A stretch of 32,000 nt of DNA. Source: Candidatus Calditenuis fumarioli. GTDB lineage: Archaea; Thermoproteota; Nitrososphaeria_A; Caldarchaeales; Calditenuaceae. The stretch covers positions 125,501 to 157,500 of the forward strand of contig JANVYR010000001.1 in the NCBI GenBank assembly GCA_030059665.1, given 5' to 3'. A model generated the notes under the pieces. It did no database searches, was not told the origin of the DNA, and was given only the letters and a program-made list of their open reading frames with translations. The translations under genes were made by a program, and so were the position numbers. Below are positions 7,818-15,707 of the stretch, one piece after another (within the stretch, counting starts at the first letter, position 1; each line of letters begins with the position of its first letter).

Positions 7818-8446
7818 CCCCTCATCGCCTCGAGGGCACCGAAGAGGATGAGGAGGAGTGAGAGGAGCTGGACCGCGTGGCCGGCGAAGTACAGGATGAA
7901 GTTGAGCGGCGTGAGCGCGAAGAGGAGGTGGCTCGCGAGCAGCGCCCAGAACCCTAATGCGACGCTCCCGGAGCCCTTGGAATTGGTCCTCTTCCAGTTG
8001 CCGGTGGACGCGGCGACCACGTAGGCCAGCAGGACCACCGACATCAGCTCGAAGGCCGGGTTGTAGATGAGCAGGACCGGAGGTGGAACAACCGCCAGCT
8101 CCGTTGGCGCCCTCGGAGCCTGATAGAGGACGTATGCGAGCACGAAGAGGAGATAGGCAGTGAGCCTGACGAAGGAGTACAGAAGCTCCACCTGGAAGAG
8201 GTACGGCATAAGGGTCCTGCTGAGGTCCCGGCCGAAGAACCCGAACAGGGATGCGCCGACGATCAGGGCCCTGACGAGCATCGCACCGCCCATCAGCCCG
8301 AACCCCGCGCTGAGCATGGCGAAGACCCTGGAGCCGAGGTTCAGGTGAGCTCGTAGGAAGCTGAGGGAGATGAAGGCGCAGATCGCGAAGCTGATGAGCT
8401 CAAGCACCACGTCTATCCTGATAACGCTGAAAAGGATCCCGATCAT
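7814..8446 (-). CDS. Polytopic membrane protein (about 6-7 TM) with no recognisable family.
   Basis: Hydrophobic helices run throughout the 210 aa. The ATG start at 8446 is preceded by a TATA-like box. Codon usage matches neighbouring genes. Confidence 0.65.
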   Translation of the reverse strand: MIGILFSVIRIDVVLELISFAICAFISLSFLRAHLNLGSRVFAMLSAGFGLMGGAMLVRALIVGASLFGFFGRDLSRTLMPYLFQVELLYSFVRLTAYLLFVLAYVLYQAPRAPTELAVVPPPVLLIYNPAFELMSVVLLAYVVAASTGNWKRTNSKGSGSVALGFWALLASHLLFALTPLNFILYFAGHAVQLLSLLLILFGALEAMRG

Positions 8447-8468
8447 CGGGTCGCAGGAGCACGGGTCG

Positions 8469-8474
8469 TTATAA
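8469..8474 (-). promoter_or_regulatory. TATA box (TTATAA) for the membrane protein/wHTH pair.
   Basis: It lies 23-28 nt upstream of ATG 8446, which is consistent with a leaderless transcript. Confidence 0.45.
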
Positions 8475-8502
8475 TGGTTTGACGTCTGCGCTGAGCGTTA
8501 GG

Positions 8503-8517
8503 AAAAAAGGAAAAAAA
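8503..8517 (-). terminator. Oligo-T tract (T7-CC-T6 on the minus strand), a candidate archaeal intrinsic terminator.
   Basis: The forward sequence ggAAAAAAggAAAAAAAcgg lies 27-41 nt downstream of the stop of the 8544..9053 gene. It is the most striking homopolymer run in the window. Confidence 0.5.
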
Positions 8518-8543
8518 CGGTTTGCGGGGTTGTACCTGTGGTT

Positions 8544-9053
8544 TCAGGCGGTCGTCTGCTGCTGTGTGGATGGTGTCGACGGTGGCACGCGAGCCCCTCC
8601 CCAAGACGATGCGACCAGGCCGGTGTCGAGGTCCCTGATCTGCTGCACGATCACGGACGTCCTCGAGGACCCATTCGGCAGCGTAACCGTCACCCTCAGC
8701 GCGTCGACCTCGATCCTGTCGCCCTTGCGCAGCTTGCCGTCGAAGACGAGCTTGACGAGGCTCACGAACCGGTTCTCGACCACGAGGACGTTCGGTACCG
8801 AGAGCTTCACCTCGCCCTGCTGGGTGCTCAGGACCATCAGGCCCAGATCGAGGTCCGACAAAGTGCCGGTATACTGGACCTGCTCCTGGGTGACCGTCGC
8901 GTTCCTCCACCATCCTCCCCTTCCTCCGAATCCCCTGCCGCCGTGGACGAAGACCGTCTCGGCGTACCCAGCCATCGCCGGAAGTAGCGCTGCGATCATC
9001 AGCACTCCCACCGCGCCTAACGCAACTCCGACCAGCAGGCTCTTCCGGACCAT
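8544..9053 (-). CDS. Hypothetical membrane-anchored or secreted protein.
   Basis: The N-terminal TM/signal anchor is LLVGVALGAVGVLMIAALLPAMAG. It is followed by a Gly/Arg/Trp-rich stretch (GGRGFGGRGGWW), a beta-rich domain and a PST/Q-rich tail. GGAGGT lies 5 nt upstream of ATG 9053. Confidence 0.55.
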   Translation of the reverse strand: MVRKSLLVGVALGAVGVLMIAALLPAMAGYAETVFVHGGRGFGGRGGWWRNATVTQEQVQYTGTLSDLDLGLMVLSTQQGEVKLSVPNVLVVENRFVSLVKLVFDGKLRKGDRIEVDALRVTVTLPNGSSRTSVIVQQIRDLDTGLVASSWGGARVPPSTPSTQQQTTA

Positions 9054-9080
9054 CTCGTACCTCCGATGTCTGATCCTCGC

Positions 9081-9086
9081 TTAAAA
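9081..9086 (-). promoter_or_regulatory. TATA-like box (TTTTAA on the minus strand) upstream of the 8544..9053 gene.
   Basis: It lies 28-33 nt upstream of ATG 9053. Confidence 0.3.
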
Positions 9087-9103
9087 CGTGGTGAACGAAT
9101 CGT

Positions 9104-9700
9104 CTATGGACCCTTCCACCAGAAGCTGTCGATCGTGATCTGCTGCGCCACGGGACTCTCCAGCGCCGCCGCGATCGCATCCGCCAGCCTCCTGAGGTCG
9201 AGGCCGGCGAGCTCCTCGAGCCCCGATGTCTCCAGCGCCCTCAGCGCCCTCCTCAGAACTCTCCTGTAACCCGTCTCGTCGCCCCGCTGGAGCTTGACGT
9301 GGGCCGCCGCGAAGAGGATCAGGCCGTTCAGCGCTGCCTTCTCCCTCCCCTGGGCAGTCCTCCAGACGCCCTCCAGCACCTCGTGGGCCTCCCAGTACCT
9401 GTTCTGACCGATCAGCTCGACTGCCTCCCTCACAGCCTCGGCGATCGACCCTGCAGATTTCTCGCCGACCTGTACCGCGTACTCCACCTCCGAGAGCGTC
9501 GAGAGGCGCCTCCGGACCGCCTCCACGTCAACCGCCATCAGGTCCACCTCGAGCCTCCTCGGGCCGATCCTGACGTCTATCACCTGCTCGGAGATCCCCC
9601 TCAGGAGCTCCCTGACCTCCTTCAGGAGCTCGTTGTGCTGGGATGGATCGACGCCCCAGTTCCTGAGGGCGACGATGAACCTGCGCGCGGGAGAGGCCAT
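9104..9700 (-). CDS. DUF309 domain protein with an extra N-terminal domain of about 90 aa.
   Basis: The C-terminal half contains the DUF309 signature (...NRYWEAHEVLEGVWR...LNGLILFAAAHVKLQRGD...). I do not recognise the N-terminal part. Confidence 0.65.
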   Translation of the reverse strand: MASPARRFIVALRNWGVDPSQHNELLKEVRELLRGISEQVIDVRIGPRRLEVDLMAVDVEAVRRRLSTLSEVEYAVQVGEKSAGSIAEAVREAVELIGQNRYWEAHEVLEGVWRTAQGREKAALNGLILFAAAHVKLQRGDETGYRRVLRRALRALETSGLEELAGLDLRRLADAIAAALESPVAQQITIDSFWWKGP

Positions 9701-9725
9701 CGCCAGGGAGAGCGCTTGAAACCGC

Positions 9726-10259
9726 TCAGGGCTCGAAGGGCTGGAGGACCTGGCCCACGGGCTTGACGCCCCTCCTGAGAAGCCGCTTCACCACCCTCCT
9801 CCGCAGCGGGTCCGGTATCCTCAGCTGCCTGTCGTTGTAGACGGAGGGATGGTACGGGTCTATTGCGATCACCTCGAACCAGTAGTACATGCTGTCGTAC
9901 GTCAGAGGATAGCCGCCGATGACGTGGAGGTTCGGGTGCTCCTTCCTGACCCTGTTGATGGCCTCCTCCAGCATGGTGACGTTGACCTTGTGCTTCACGA
10001 CTCCGAGCGCCTTCGGCCTCCTGCCCGAGTCGGGCCTCGGCTTTGCGAACCCTCCCCTCCTCACCCTAACCCTGAAGACGACGAAGCCCTGCTTCGCCCT
10101 GTAGCCTATCTGCCTGGCCCTGTCCAGCCGGAGCGGCTTCTCGACCCTGACGACCGCGGGCTCCCGCCGCCACCTGATCCTCCTCTCCCTCAGCAGCTTG
10201 ATCAGCTCATCGGGCTTCTCGCGCCAAAGCTGGTTGAGCCTCGCGTATGCTCCGGGCAT
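9726..10259 (-). CDS. rpl15e: 50S ribosomal protein eL15.
   Basis: MPGAYARLNQLWREKP...GYRAKQGFVVFRVRVRRGG...RPK is canonical eL15. I chose ATG 10259 over the listed upstream start at 10277. Confidence 0.9.
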   Translation of the reverse strand: MPGAYARLNQLWREKPDELIKLLRERRIRWRREPAVVRVEKPLRLDRARQIGYRAKQGFVVFRVRVRRGGFAKPRPDSGRRPKALGVVKHKVNVTMLEEAINRVRKEHPNLHVIGGYPLTYDSMYYWFEVIAIDPYHPSVYNDRQLRIPDPLRRRVVKRLLRRGVKPVGQVLQPFEP

Positions 10260-10304
10260 CTCCTTTTCCCGTCTCACCGCTCAGAACCGCCTAAAGAACG
10301 TCCC

Positions 10305-12020
10305 TCACAGCAGCAGGGGAATCAGCGCGGATAGGGCCATCAGCAGCAGGTAGATCGCGATCGACCTCCTCATCAGGGCCGCGAACTTCTCCATCGCCCG
10401 CTCCCCGAGGACCGGAACCTCCCTGTGTTTCACCTCGACCACCGAGACCTCGGCACGCTCCAGCCCCGCGAGTGCGGCCGCGGACAGCTGCCGGAAGACC
10501 TCGGCCACCTCCTTCGCGCTCACCCCCTCGCCGACCGGCCTGTAACCACGGCCTCCGAGCCTGACGCCGTTGACCGCGTGCGTGTCGGTCGTCAGCAGCT
10601 CCGCGAAGTCCCATCCGTCCCCCTTCAGGACGCCGAGGACCTCATCCCTGACGTGGGGGAGGGCGTTGTTCCCGTCGACCACGGCCAGAGCCATCTTCTT
10701 GCCGCCGACCTCGATTCCTAGCAGCGCGAGCCCTGATGGGCCGATGCCGTCGTGGGGGCCGTACTCCTCCGGGATCTTCCTGACCAGTGCCACCCTCACG
10801 GGCCCCTTCACCCTCTCGGATCCGAGCAGCTCGCCGATCGCCCTAGCAATCCTCCGCAGCTCGCCCTCTCCGAGGCCGTCGTAGCCGTCGTGGTACGAGT
10901 TGTGTGGGTCGATCACCCTGATTCTACCCTGCGGGAAGAGGCGCTCCAGCTCCGGAGGTATGTCCTCCATCGGCTCCGGGTTCAGCGTCGGCACCACGAG
11001 GGTCAGGCCGTCGGCCTCCAGACCCATCACCTTGACGCCCTCCACCTCCCGCTGCGGCAAAAGGGAGAGCGTAGCCGACCTAACGCCTGCTGGCACTTCG
11101 CTCAGGGCCTCAGCCACCTCGACCGCCACCCTCCGCACCTCGCTGCCGTCGAAGAGGTCCGCTCCATGACCCGAGCAGCCCTTCACGACGAGGCCGTCGA
11201 CGCCGCGCCGAGACAGCTCCAGCTCGATCAGGTAGTTCATCATCGAGCTCCCGACGTTCCTGAAAGGTCCGAAGTGGAAGCCCGTCACCAGGAGAGCGAC
11301 CCTCCTTCCGGAGGCGCAGTCGAAGAGGAGCGCTGTGGTGGTGAACTCTTTCCGCTCCATGAGGGGCCTCAGCTCCCGCTCGAGCGATTCGGCCCGTCCT
11401 CCGAGGATCACGCCGACGAACCCCGCCGCGAGCCTGATCGGCGATAGCCCCTCCGGTCCCAGCGAGAGCAGGATCACCGAGAGCGCGGAGAGCGAGAGAC
11501 CCCAGAGGATCGACGCGATGACGGGCAGGGCAAGCTCCTCCCGCACGAGTCCCAGAGGGGCCCTCACCAGTGACCCTGTGACGCCAGCCACGACCCCCTT
11601 CCACCTCCTGGAGTCGAAGGTCGCAAGGACCGTGGTCCTCACGTAGGCCGCGAGCGAGAGCGATGCGAGGAGGGCACCGTAGGCGATTCGTGGTGTGCCC
11701 AGCACGAGTGCTGCCAGCGCGCCGATCACCGAGCCAGCGAGAATGAAGTAGTTCTCGAGCAGTGTCATCATGTTCAGCCTCCTGACGGTGGCCACGTCCG
11801 AGCCGCGGAAAGCCGTCACCGAAGCGAGCAGGTTGAGCGCGATCGGCCCGATTCCCAGGGAGAGGACCCAGAGGAGGGCCTGCTGTGGAGGGAGACTGCC
11901 CTGACCGAGCACGGCGCCAACCAGCGCAGCCGTCAGCAGGATCAGGACCGGTGCGAGGCGCGAGCCGGGAGGCCTGAAGAGGTACCTGTACTTGGCTGCG
12001 ATCCGAGAGGTGGCATCCAA
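10305..12020 (-). CDS. Large archaeal membrane protein, probably DUF2070 family.
   Basis: The product is 571 aa. About 6 N-terminal TM helices are followed by a soluble domain of about 330 aa and a C-terminal TM. This architecture and size fit DUF2070. The family call is from memory of the architecture only. The start is TTG at 12020. Confidence 0.6.
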   Translation of the reverse strand: MDATSRIAAKYRYLFRPPGSRLAPVLILLTAALVGAVLGQGSLPPQQALLWVLSLGIGPIALNLLASVTAFRGSDVATVRRLNMMTLLENYFILAGSVIGALAALVLGTPRIAYGALLASLSLAAYVRTTVLATFDSRRWKGVVAGVTGSLVRAPLGLVREELALPVIASILWGLSLSALSVILLSLGPEGLSPIRLAAGFVGVILGGRAESLERELRPLMERKEFTTTALLFDCASGRRVALLVTGFHFGPFRNVGSSMMNYLIELELSRRGVDGLVVKGCSGHGADLFDGSEVRRVAVEVAEALSEVPAGVRSATLSLLPQREVEGVKVMGLEADGLTLVVPTLNPEPMEDIPPELERLFPQGRIRVIDPHNSYHDGYDGLGEGELRRIARAIGELLGSERVKGPVRVALVRKIPEEYGPHDGIGPSGLALLGIEVGGKKMALAVVDGNNALPHVRDEVLGVLKGDGWDFAELLTTDTHAVNGVRLGGRGYRPVGEGVSAKEVAEVFRQLSAAALAGLERAEVSVVEVKHREVPVLGERAMEKFAALMRRSIAIYLLLMALSALIPLLL

Positions 12021-12125
12021 CCCGATGTGCCACCGGCAGGTCCGATAATAACTGCATCTTGAGGGGAAGAGCAGAGGAACCTTTGGCGTAAGGCGATCGG
12101 ATGCGAAACCGCTCCGCAGCTGCCT

Positions 12126-13844
12126 TCAGGCCCGCAGCTCGTAAACTGGCTTCGGAGACCACCCGGGTGGAAGGATGATCTCCTCGACGGAGCGTCCCGG
12201 CGGTACCATCGGGAAGACCTTCTCGTCCCTGCTGACGGGTACGTCCAGCACGACAGCCTGGTCGTTCCGGACGGCCCTCCTGACGTGGGACCTGAGCTCC
12301 TCGTAGCTTTGGACGAAGTGCCCCTCGACCCCGAAGGCCTCCGATAGCCTGACCAGGTTCGTGATGTCGGAGAAGTCAACGTCCTTGAACCTCTTGCGGT
12401 AGAAGAGGTCCTGCCACTGCCTGACCATCCCCAGCGACCTGTTGTCGAGTATCACGGTTATGACCGGAAGGTCGTACTCGGCCACGTTGCTGAGCGTCTG
12501 GCAGGTCATCAGGAAGCTCCCGTCGCCGTCGATGTTCAGGACGGTCCTGTTGGGAGCGGCCACCTTCGCACCGAAGGCCGCAGGGAGCCCGAAGCCCATG
12601 GTCCCGAGGCCCCAGCTGCTGATGAAGGTCCCAGGCTCGAGGACGCGGTAGAAGAGCTGCGCCCACATCTGGTGCTGGCCGACGCCGGTGGTGACGATGG
12701 CTGACCTCGGCATCTCCTCCCTCAGCACCTTGACCACCTTCGCCGAGGAGAGGGTGCCCTCGTCGTTCTGGGAGAGCATGTACTCGTCATACGCAGCACC
12801 TATCTCCTTCAGACGCGATATCCAAAGAGGGTCAACCTCAGCCCTGCCCGGCCTGAGCGATCTAAGGATCGACCTGAGGACCTGCTTCGCGTCGCCGCAG
12901 AGGAAGACGTCAGGTTTCACGGCCTTCGCGTTCTCGGATGGATCGACGTCGATGTGGATGACCCTTCGCTTGCTGGAGAACTCCGCCGGCGGCCCTATGG
13001 CCCTGTCCGAGAGCCTCGTGCCGACGCAGATGGCGAGGTCCGACTCGACCAACGCGAGGTTCGCCTCGACCCTTCCGTGCATGCCCACGACGCCGAGCAC
13101 GTTCGGGTGGTCCTCTGGGACGCAGTTCTTCCCTGGAGACGTTGTGACGATTGGGGCCTGGAGCTTCTCCGAGAGTTCCAGGACCTCCGAGGTCGCGTCG
13201 CTGAAGTGAACGCCCCCGCCGACCAGGATGATCGGCTTCCTCGCTGACGACATCAGCTCGACGGCCCTCTCGATGGCTTCGGGATCCGGTACCGGAGTCG
13301 GAAGGACGAAGCCCTCTTCGGGCTCAGGGAGGCCCTCCCATTCGCCGACATCGGCCTGGAAGACGTCGCGGGGGACGTCGATGAGCGTCGGTCCGGGCCT
13401 GAGGGAGATCGAGCAGCGGTATGCGTTCACGAACTCCCGGTGAAGCCTGCTCGGGTCCAGAACCGTGGTGGCGTACTTCACGTGGGCCGTCACCAGACCC
13501 ACTATGTCGGCCTCCTGGAAGGCATCGGTGCCCATGAAAGAGCGGACAACCTGGCCGGTTATCGCCACGAGGGGCGAGCTGTCCATGGCCGCGTTGACGA
13601 TCCCCGTGATGAGGTTCGTCGCCCCGGGTCCGGAGGTCGCCGTCACGACTCCAGGCCTTCTCTTCACCCTGGCGTAGCCCTCTGCTGCGTGGGCAGCCTG
13701 CTGCTCGTGCTTCATCAGGAAGGACCTGATCTCCGAGTCGACCAGCGCGTCGTAGAGCGGCAGGTTGGCGCCACCGGGGATGCCGAAGACGGTGTCGACG
13801 CCGAGCCCCTCCATGGTCCTGACCAGCTTACGCGCGGCGTCCAT
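12126..13844 (-). CDS. ilvB: Acetolactate synthase large (catalytic) subunit, thiamine-diphosphate dependent.
   Basis: The N-terminal TPP-enzyme motif is GYARVKRRPGVVTATSGPGATNLITGIVNAAMDSSPLVAITGQV. The TPP-binding motif is IDGDGSFLM...ILDN. The gene starts 1 nt after the stop of the upstream leuA-type gene. No small subunit (ilvN) is adjacent. Confidence 0.85.
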   Translation of the reverse strand: MDAARKLVRTMEGLGVDTVFGIPGGANLPLYDALVDSEIRSFLMKHEQQAAHAAEGYARVKRRPGVVTATSGPGATNLITGIVNAAMDSSPLVAITGQVVRSFMGTDAFQEADIVGLVTAHVKYATTVLDPSRLHREFVNAYRCSISLRPGPTLIDVPRDVFQADVGEWEGLPEPEEGFVLPTPVPDPEAIERAVELMSSARKPIILVGGGVHFSDATSEVLELSEKLQAPIVTTSPGKNCVPEDHPNVLGVVGMHGRVEANLALVESDLAICVGTRLSDRAIGPPAEFSSKRRVIHIDVDPSENAKAVKPDVFLCGDAKQVLRSILRSLRPGRAEVDPLWISRLKEIGAAYDEYMLSQNDEGTLSSAKVVKVLREEMPRSAIVTTGVGQHQMWAQLFYRVLEPGTFISSWGLGTMGFGLPAAFGAKVAAPNRTVLNIDGDGSFLMTCQTLSNVAEYDLPVITVILDNRSLGMVRQWQDLFYRKRFKDVDFSDITNLVRLSEAFGVEGHFVQSYEELRSHVRRAVRNDQAVVLDVPVSRDEKVFPMVPPGRSVEEIILPPGWSPKPVYELRA

Positions 13845-13845
13845 C

Positions 13846-15372
13846 TCAGCCCCTCGCCTCCACCGACAGGGCCTGCGAGACCGCTCCCGCCACGGCCATG
13901 GCCACCGCCAGCCCCGGGTCGTGGGCTAGGCCCCTTCCCGTGAGGGTTTTGGAGTTGACAACGACCACGACCTCCGCCTCAGCGGGGTACCTGTCCGGGT
14001 CCGGCGGGACGTACAACGCCAAGTCCTCCAGGCGCACGTCGCCAACAAGCGCGCTGACCGCTCTCCTCATCGCATCGATCGAGGCGGAAACGGTCGACCT
14101 TCCGATTCCCCTGGACTCCATCCGCTCGCCCCTGACGTTGAGGACGAGGCTGCAGGCGAAGGTCTCGCCGTCCTTCGCGTACGAGATCGACTCGACGGAT
14201 ATCGATGGCTTCGAACCGTCCAATACGCCTATCACGTCCCTCAGCAGCAGCTCCTCCGTCACCCGCATCCCCATATCGCCCAGCTCCTTCACCCTCTCCA
14301 GCACGCGCCTCGTCTCCTCGTGGCTGAGGTTGAAACCGTGCTGCTTCAGGACCTCAAGCACCGCATGCGTCCCCGAGTGCTTCCCCAGCACTATCCTCCT
14401 CCTCTTACCGACGACCTCTGGCATGACCGGTTCGTACGTCGCAGGGTTGTTGATCACGCCGTGGACGTGGATACCGCTCTCGTGCGAGAAGGCGTTGTCA
14501 CCCACCACGGCCTTGTTCTTCTGGACGACCATCCCCGTCAGCCGGGAGACGAGCCGCGAGACGCTCGCCAGCTTCTCGAGCCTTATGCCTGTCTTTACGC
14601 CGTACAGCGTCTCCAGCGCCAGCACCACCTCCTCGAGGCTCGTGTTGCCAGCCCTCTCGCCGATGCCGTTCACGGTGACGTGGACGATCTCCGCTCCGCC
14701 CTCGACGCCGGCCAGCGTGTTGGCAGTTGCGAGCCCCATGTCGTCGTGGCAGTGAACGGCCACCGGAAGTCCCGTGACGCCCTTCACCTCCCTCACCAGC
14801 TCCTTCATCACCTCCGGTATCGCGACGCCCACCGTGTCCGGGATGTCGACGCTGTCCGCCCCCGCCTCTGCCGCTCCCCTGTACACCTTCAGGAGGAACT
14901 TCCTTTCGGACCTCGTGGCGTCCTCGCAGGAGAAGTGGACCGTCACGCCCCTCGACTTGGCGTACTCGACCATCTCGACGGCCCTGCTGTAGACCTCATC
15001 CGGCGTCATCCGGAGCTTGTACTTCATGTGGAGCTCCGAGGTGGCTATGAAGACGTGGACCCAGTCGACCCCAGCGTCGACGGCCCTGTCGATGTCTCCC
15101 TTCTCGCACCTGCTCAGCGCGCAGATTTTCGACGGGAGCCCGAGCCTAGCGATGGACCTGACGGCCTCCATCTCGCCCCTCGAGACCGCCGGATATCCGG
15201 CCTCGATCACCGCTACGCCGAGATCCGCCAGCGCCTCCGCTATCCTCAGCTTCTCCTCCACCCTCAGCGCCACACCGGGACTCTGCTCGCCGTCGCGCAG
15301 CGTCGTGTCGAAGACCTGGACCCTCTCCGGCAGCGATGGATTCCGTCCCAGAACGAACTCTCTCCAGACCAT
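13846..15372 (-). CDS. leuA: 2-isopropylmalate synthase / (R)-citramalate synthase family enzyme with a C-terminal LeuA-type regulatory domain.
   Basis: FDTTLRDGEQSPGV and HCHDDMGLATANTLAG are HMGL-like motifs. The length of about 508 aa includes the regulatory domain. ATG 15372 is preceded by GAGGTGATC. The listed GTG 15381 lies inside that Shine-Dalgarno. LeuA and CimA cannot be told apart by eye. Confidence 0.85.
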   Translation of the reverse strand: MVWREFVLGRNPSLPERVQVFDTTLRDGEQSPGVALRVEEKLRIAEALADLGVAVIEAGYPAVSRGEMEAVRSIARLGLPSKICALSRCEKGDIDRAVDAGVDWVHVFIATSELHMKYKLRMTPDEVYSRAVEMVEYAKSRGVTVHFSCEDATRSERKFLLKVYRGAAEAGADSVDIPDTVGVAIPEVMKELVREVKGVTGLPVAVHCHDDMGLATANTLAGVEGGAEIVHVTVNGIGERAGNTSLEEVVLALETLYGVKTGIRLEKLASVSRLVSRLTGMVVQKNKAVVGDNAFSHESGIHVHGVINNPATYEPVMPEVVGKRRRIVLGKHSGTHAVLEVLKQHGFNLSHEETRRVLERVKELGDMGMRVTEELLLRDVIGVLDGSKPSISVESISYAKDGETFACSLVLNVRGERMESRGIGRSTVSASIDAMRRAVSALVGDVRLEDLALYVPPDPDRYPAEAEVVVVVNSKTLTGRGLAHDPGLAVAMAVAGAVSQALSVEARG

Positions 15373-15375
15373 CTC

Positions 15376-15384
15376 GATCACCTC
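15376..15384 (-). promoter_or_regulatory. Shine-Dalgarno sequence GAGGTGATC for leuA/cimA.
   Basis: It is a nine-nt perfect complement of the conserved archaeal 16S 3' end (...GAUCACCUC...) and ends 3 nt before ATG 15372. Confidence 0.55.
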
Positions 15385-15451
15385 AGAGGAGGAGCAGCGG
15401 GGAGGGCGCCTCGATCACGCTACTCGTCGCGCACCCCAGGAACGAGCTCAT
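15383..15451 (-). promoter_or_regulatory. Candidate leader uORF (22 codons, MSSFLGCATSSVIEAPSPLLLL) in the leuA/cimA-ilvB 5' region.
   Basis: I hand-translated it from the minus strand. It runs from ATG 15451 through CTG CTC CTC CTC to TGA 15385-15383, and the stop overlaps the leuA Shine-Dalgarno. It could be a chance ORF. Confidence 0.25.
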
Positions 15452-15507
15452 TCGGGACCAAGCAATACAGCCCCACCCGCTTGCTCCAACGTCAGAAACC
15501 GGCCTGA

Positions 15508-15513
15508 TTTAAA
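15508..15513. promoter_or_regulatory. Palindromic TATA-like box TTTAAA in the leuA/argS divergent spacer. Its direction is unresolved.
   Basis: It is one of only two AT-rich elements in the 335-nt spacer. If used leftward, the TSS falls near 15484, giving a leader of about 110 nt for leuA. Confidence 0.3.
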
Positions 15514-15676
15514 CCTACGCTTAGGAGCGTGCCGGTCCTATCCCAGAGGGGAACTTGTCCCGCAGCGCTCCACGAACAAACTGCGAACGACCTGCGAGGA
15601 TTCCCGGATCGATGGGGGTACAACGACACGGGCGATCGCGGCCTGTCGGCCTCGTGATTGCTCAGCTCTCTTTGCG

Positions 15677-15683
15677 TTTTTTA
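15677..15683 (+). promoter_or_regulatory. T-rich TATA-like box (TTTTTTA) for argS.
   Basis: It ends 25 nt upstream of ATG 15708, which is consistent with a leaderless argS mRNA. Confidence 0.4.
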
Positions 15684-15707
15684 CCGCGAAGGGAACCCCA
15701 TCACCGG

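Noticed and set aside
15555-15707. A 51-codon in-frame N-terminal extension of argS (TTG 15555 or ATG 15612).
   Set aside because: ArgRS homology begins at M52 (MEGPVIRRLIREASEALEAAGL...). The extension uses CGN Arg codons, unlike the genuine genes, which are AGG-dominated. A T-rich TATA-like box at 15677-15683 lies inside it, 25 nt before ATG 15708.
15382-15707. I considered whether the 326-nt spacer hosts an SRP (7S) RNA or RNase P RNA.
   Set aside because: I could not find the conserved helix-8 SRP motif (CAGGCCCGGAAGGGAGCA-like). I also could not find the RNase P CR-I/CR-V motifs (GAAAGUCC, ACAGAA) on either strand.
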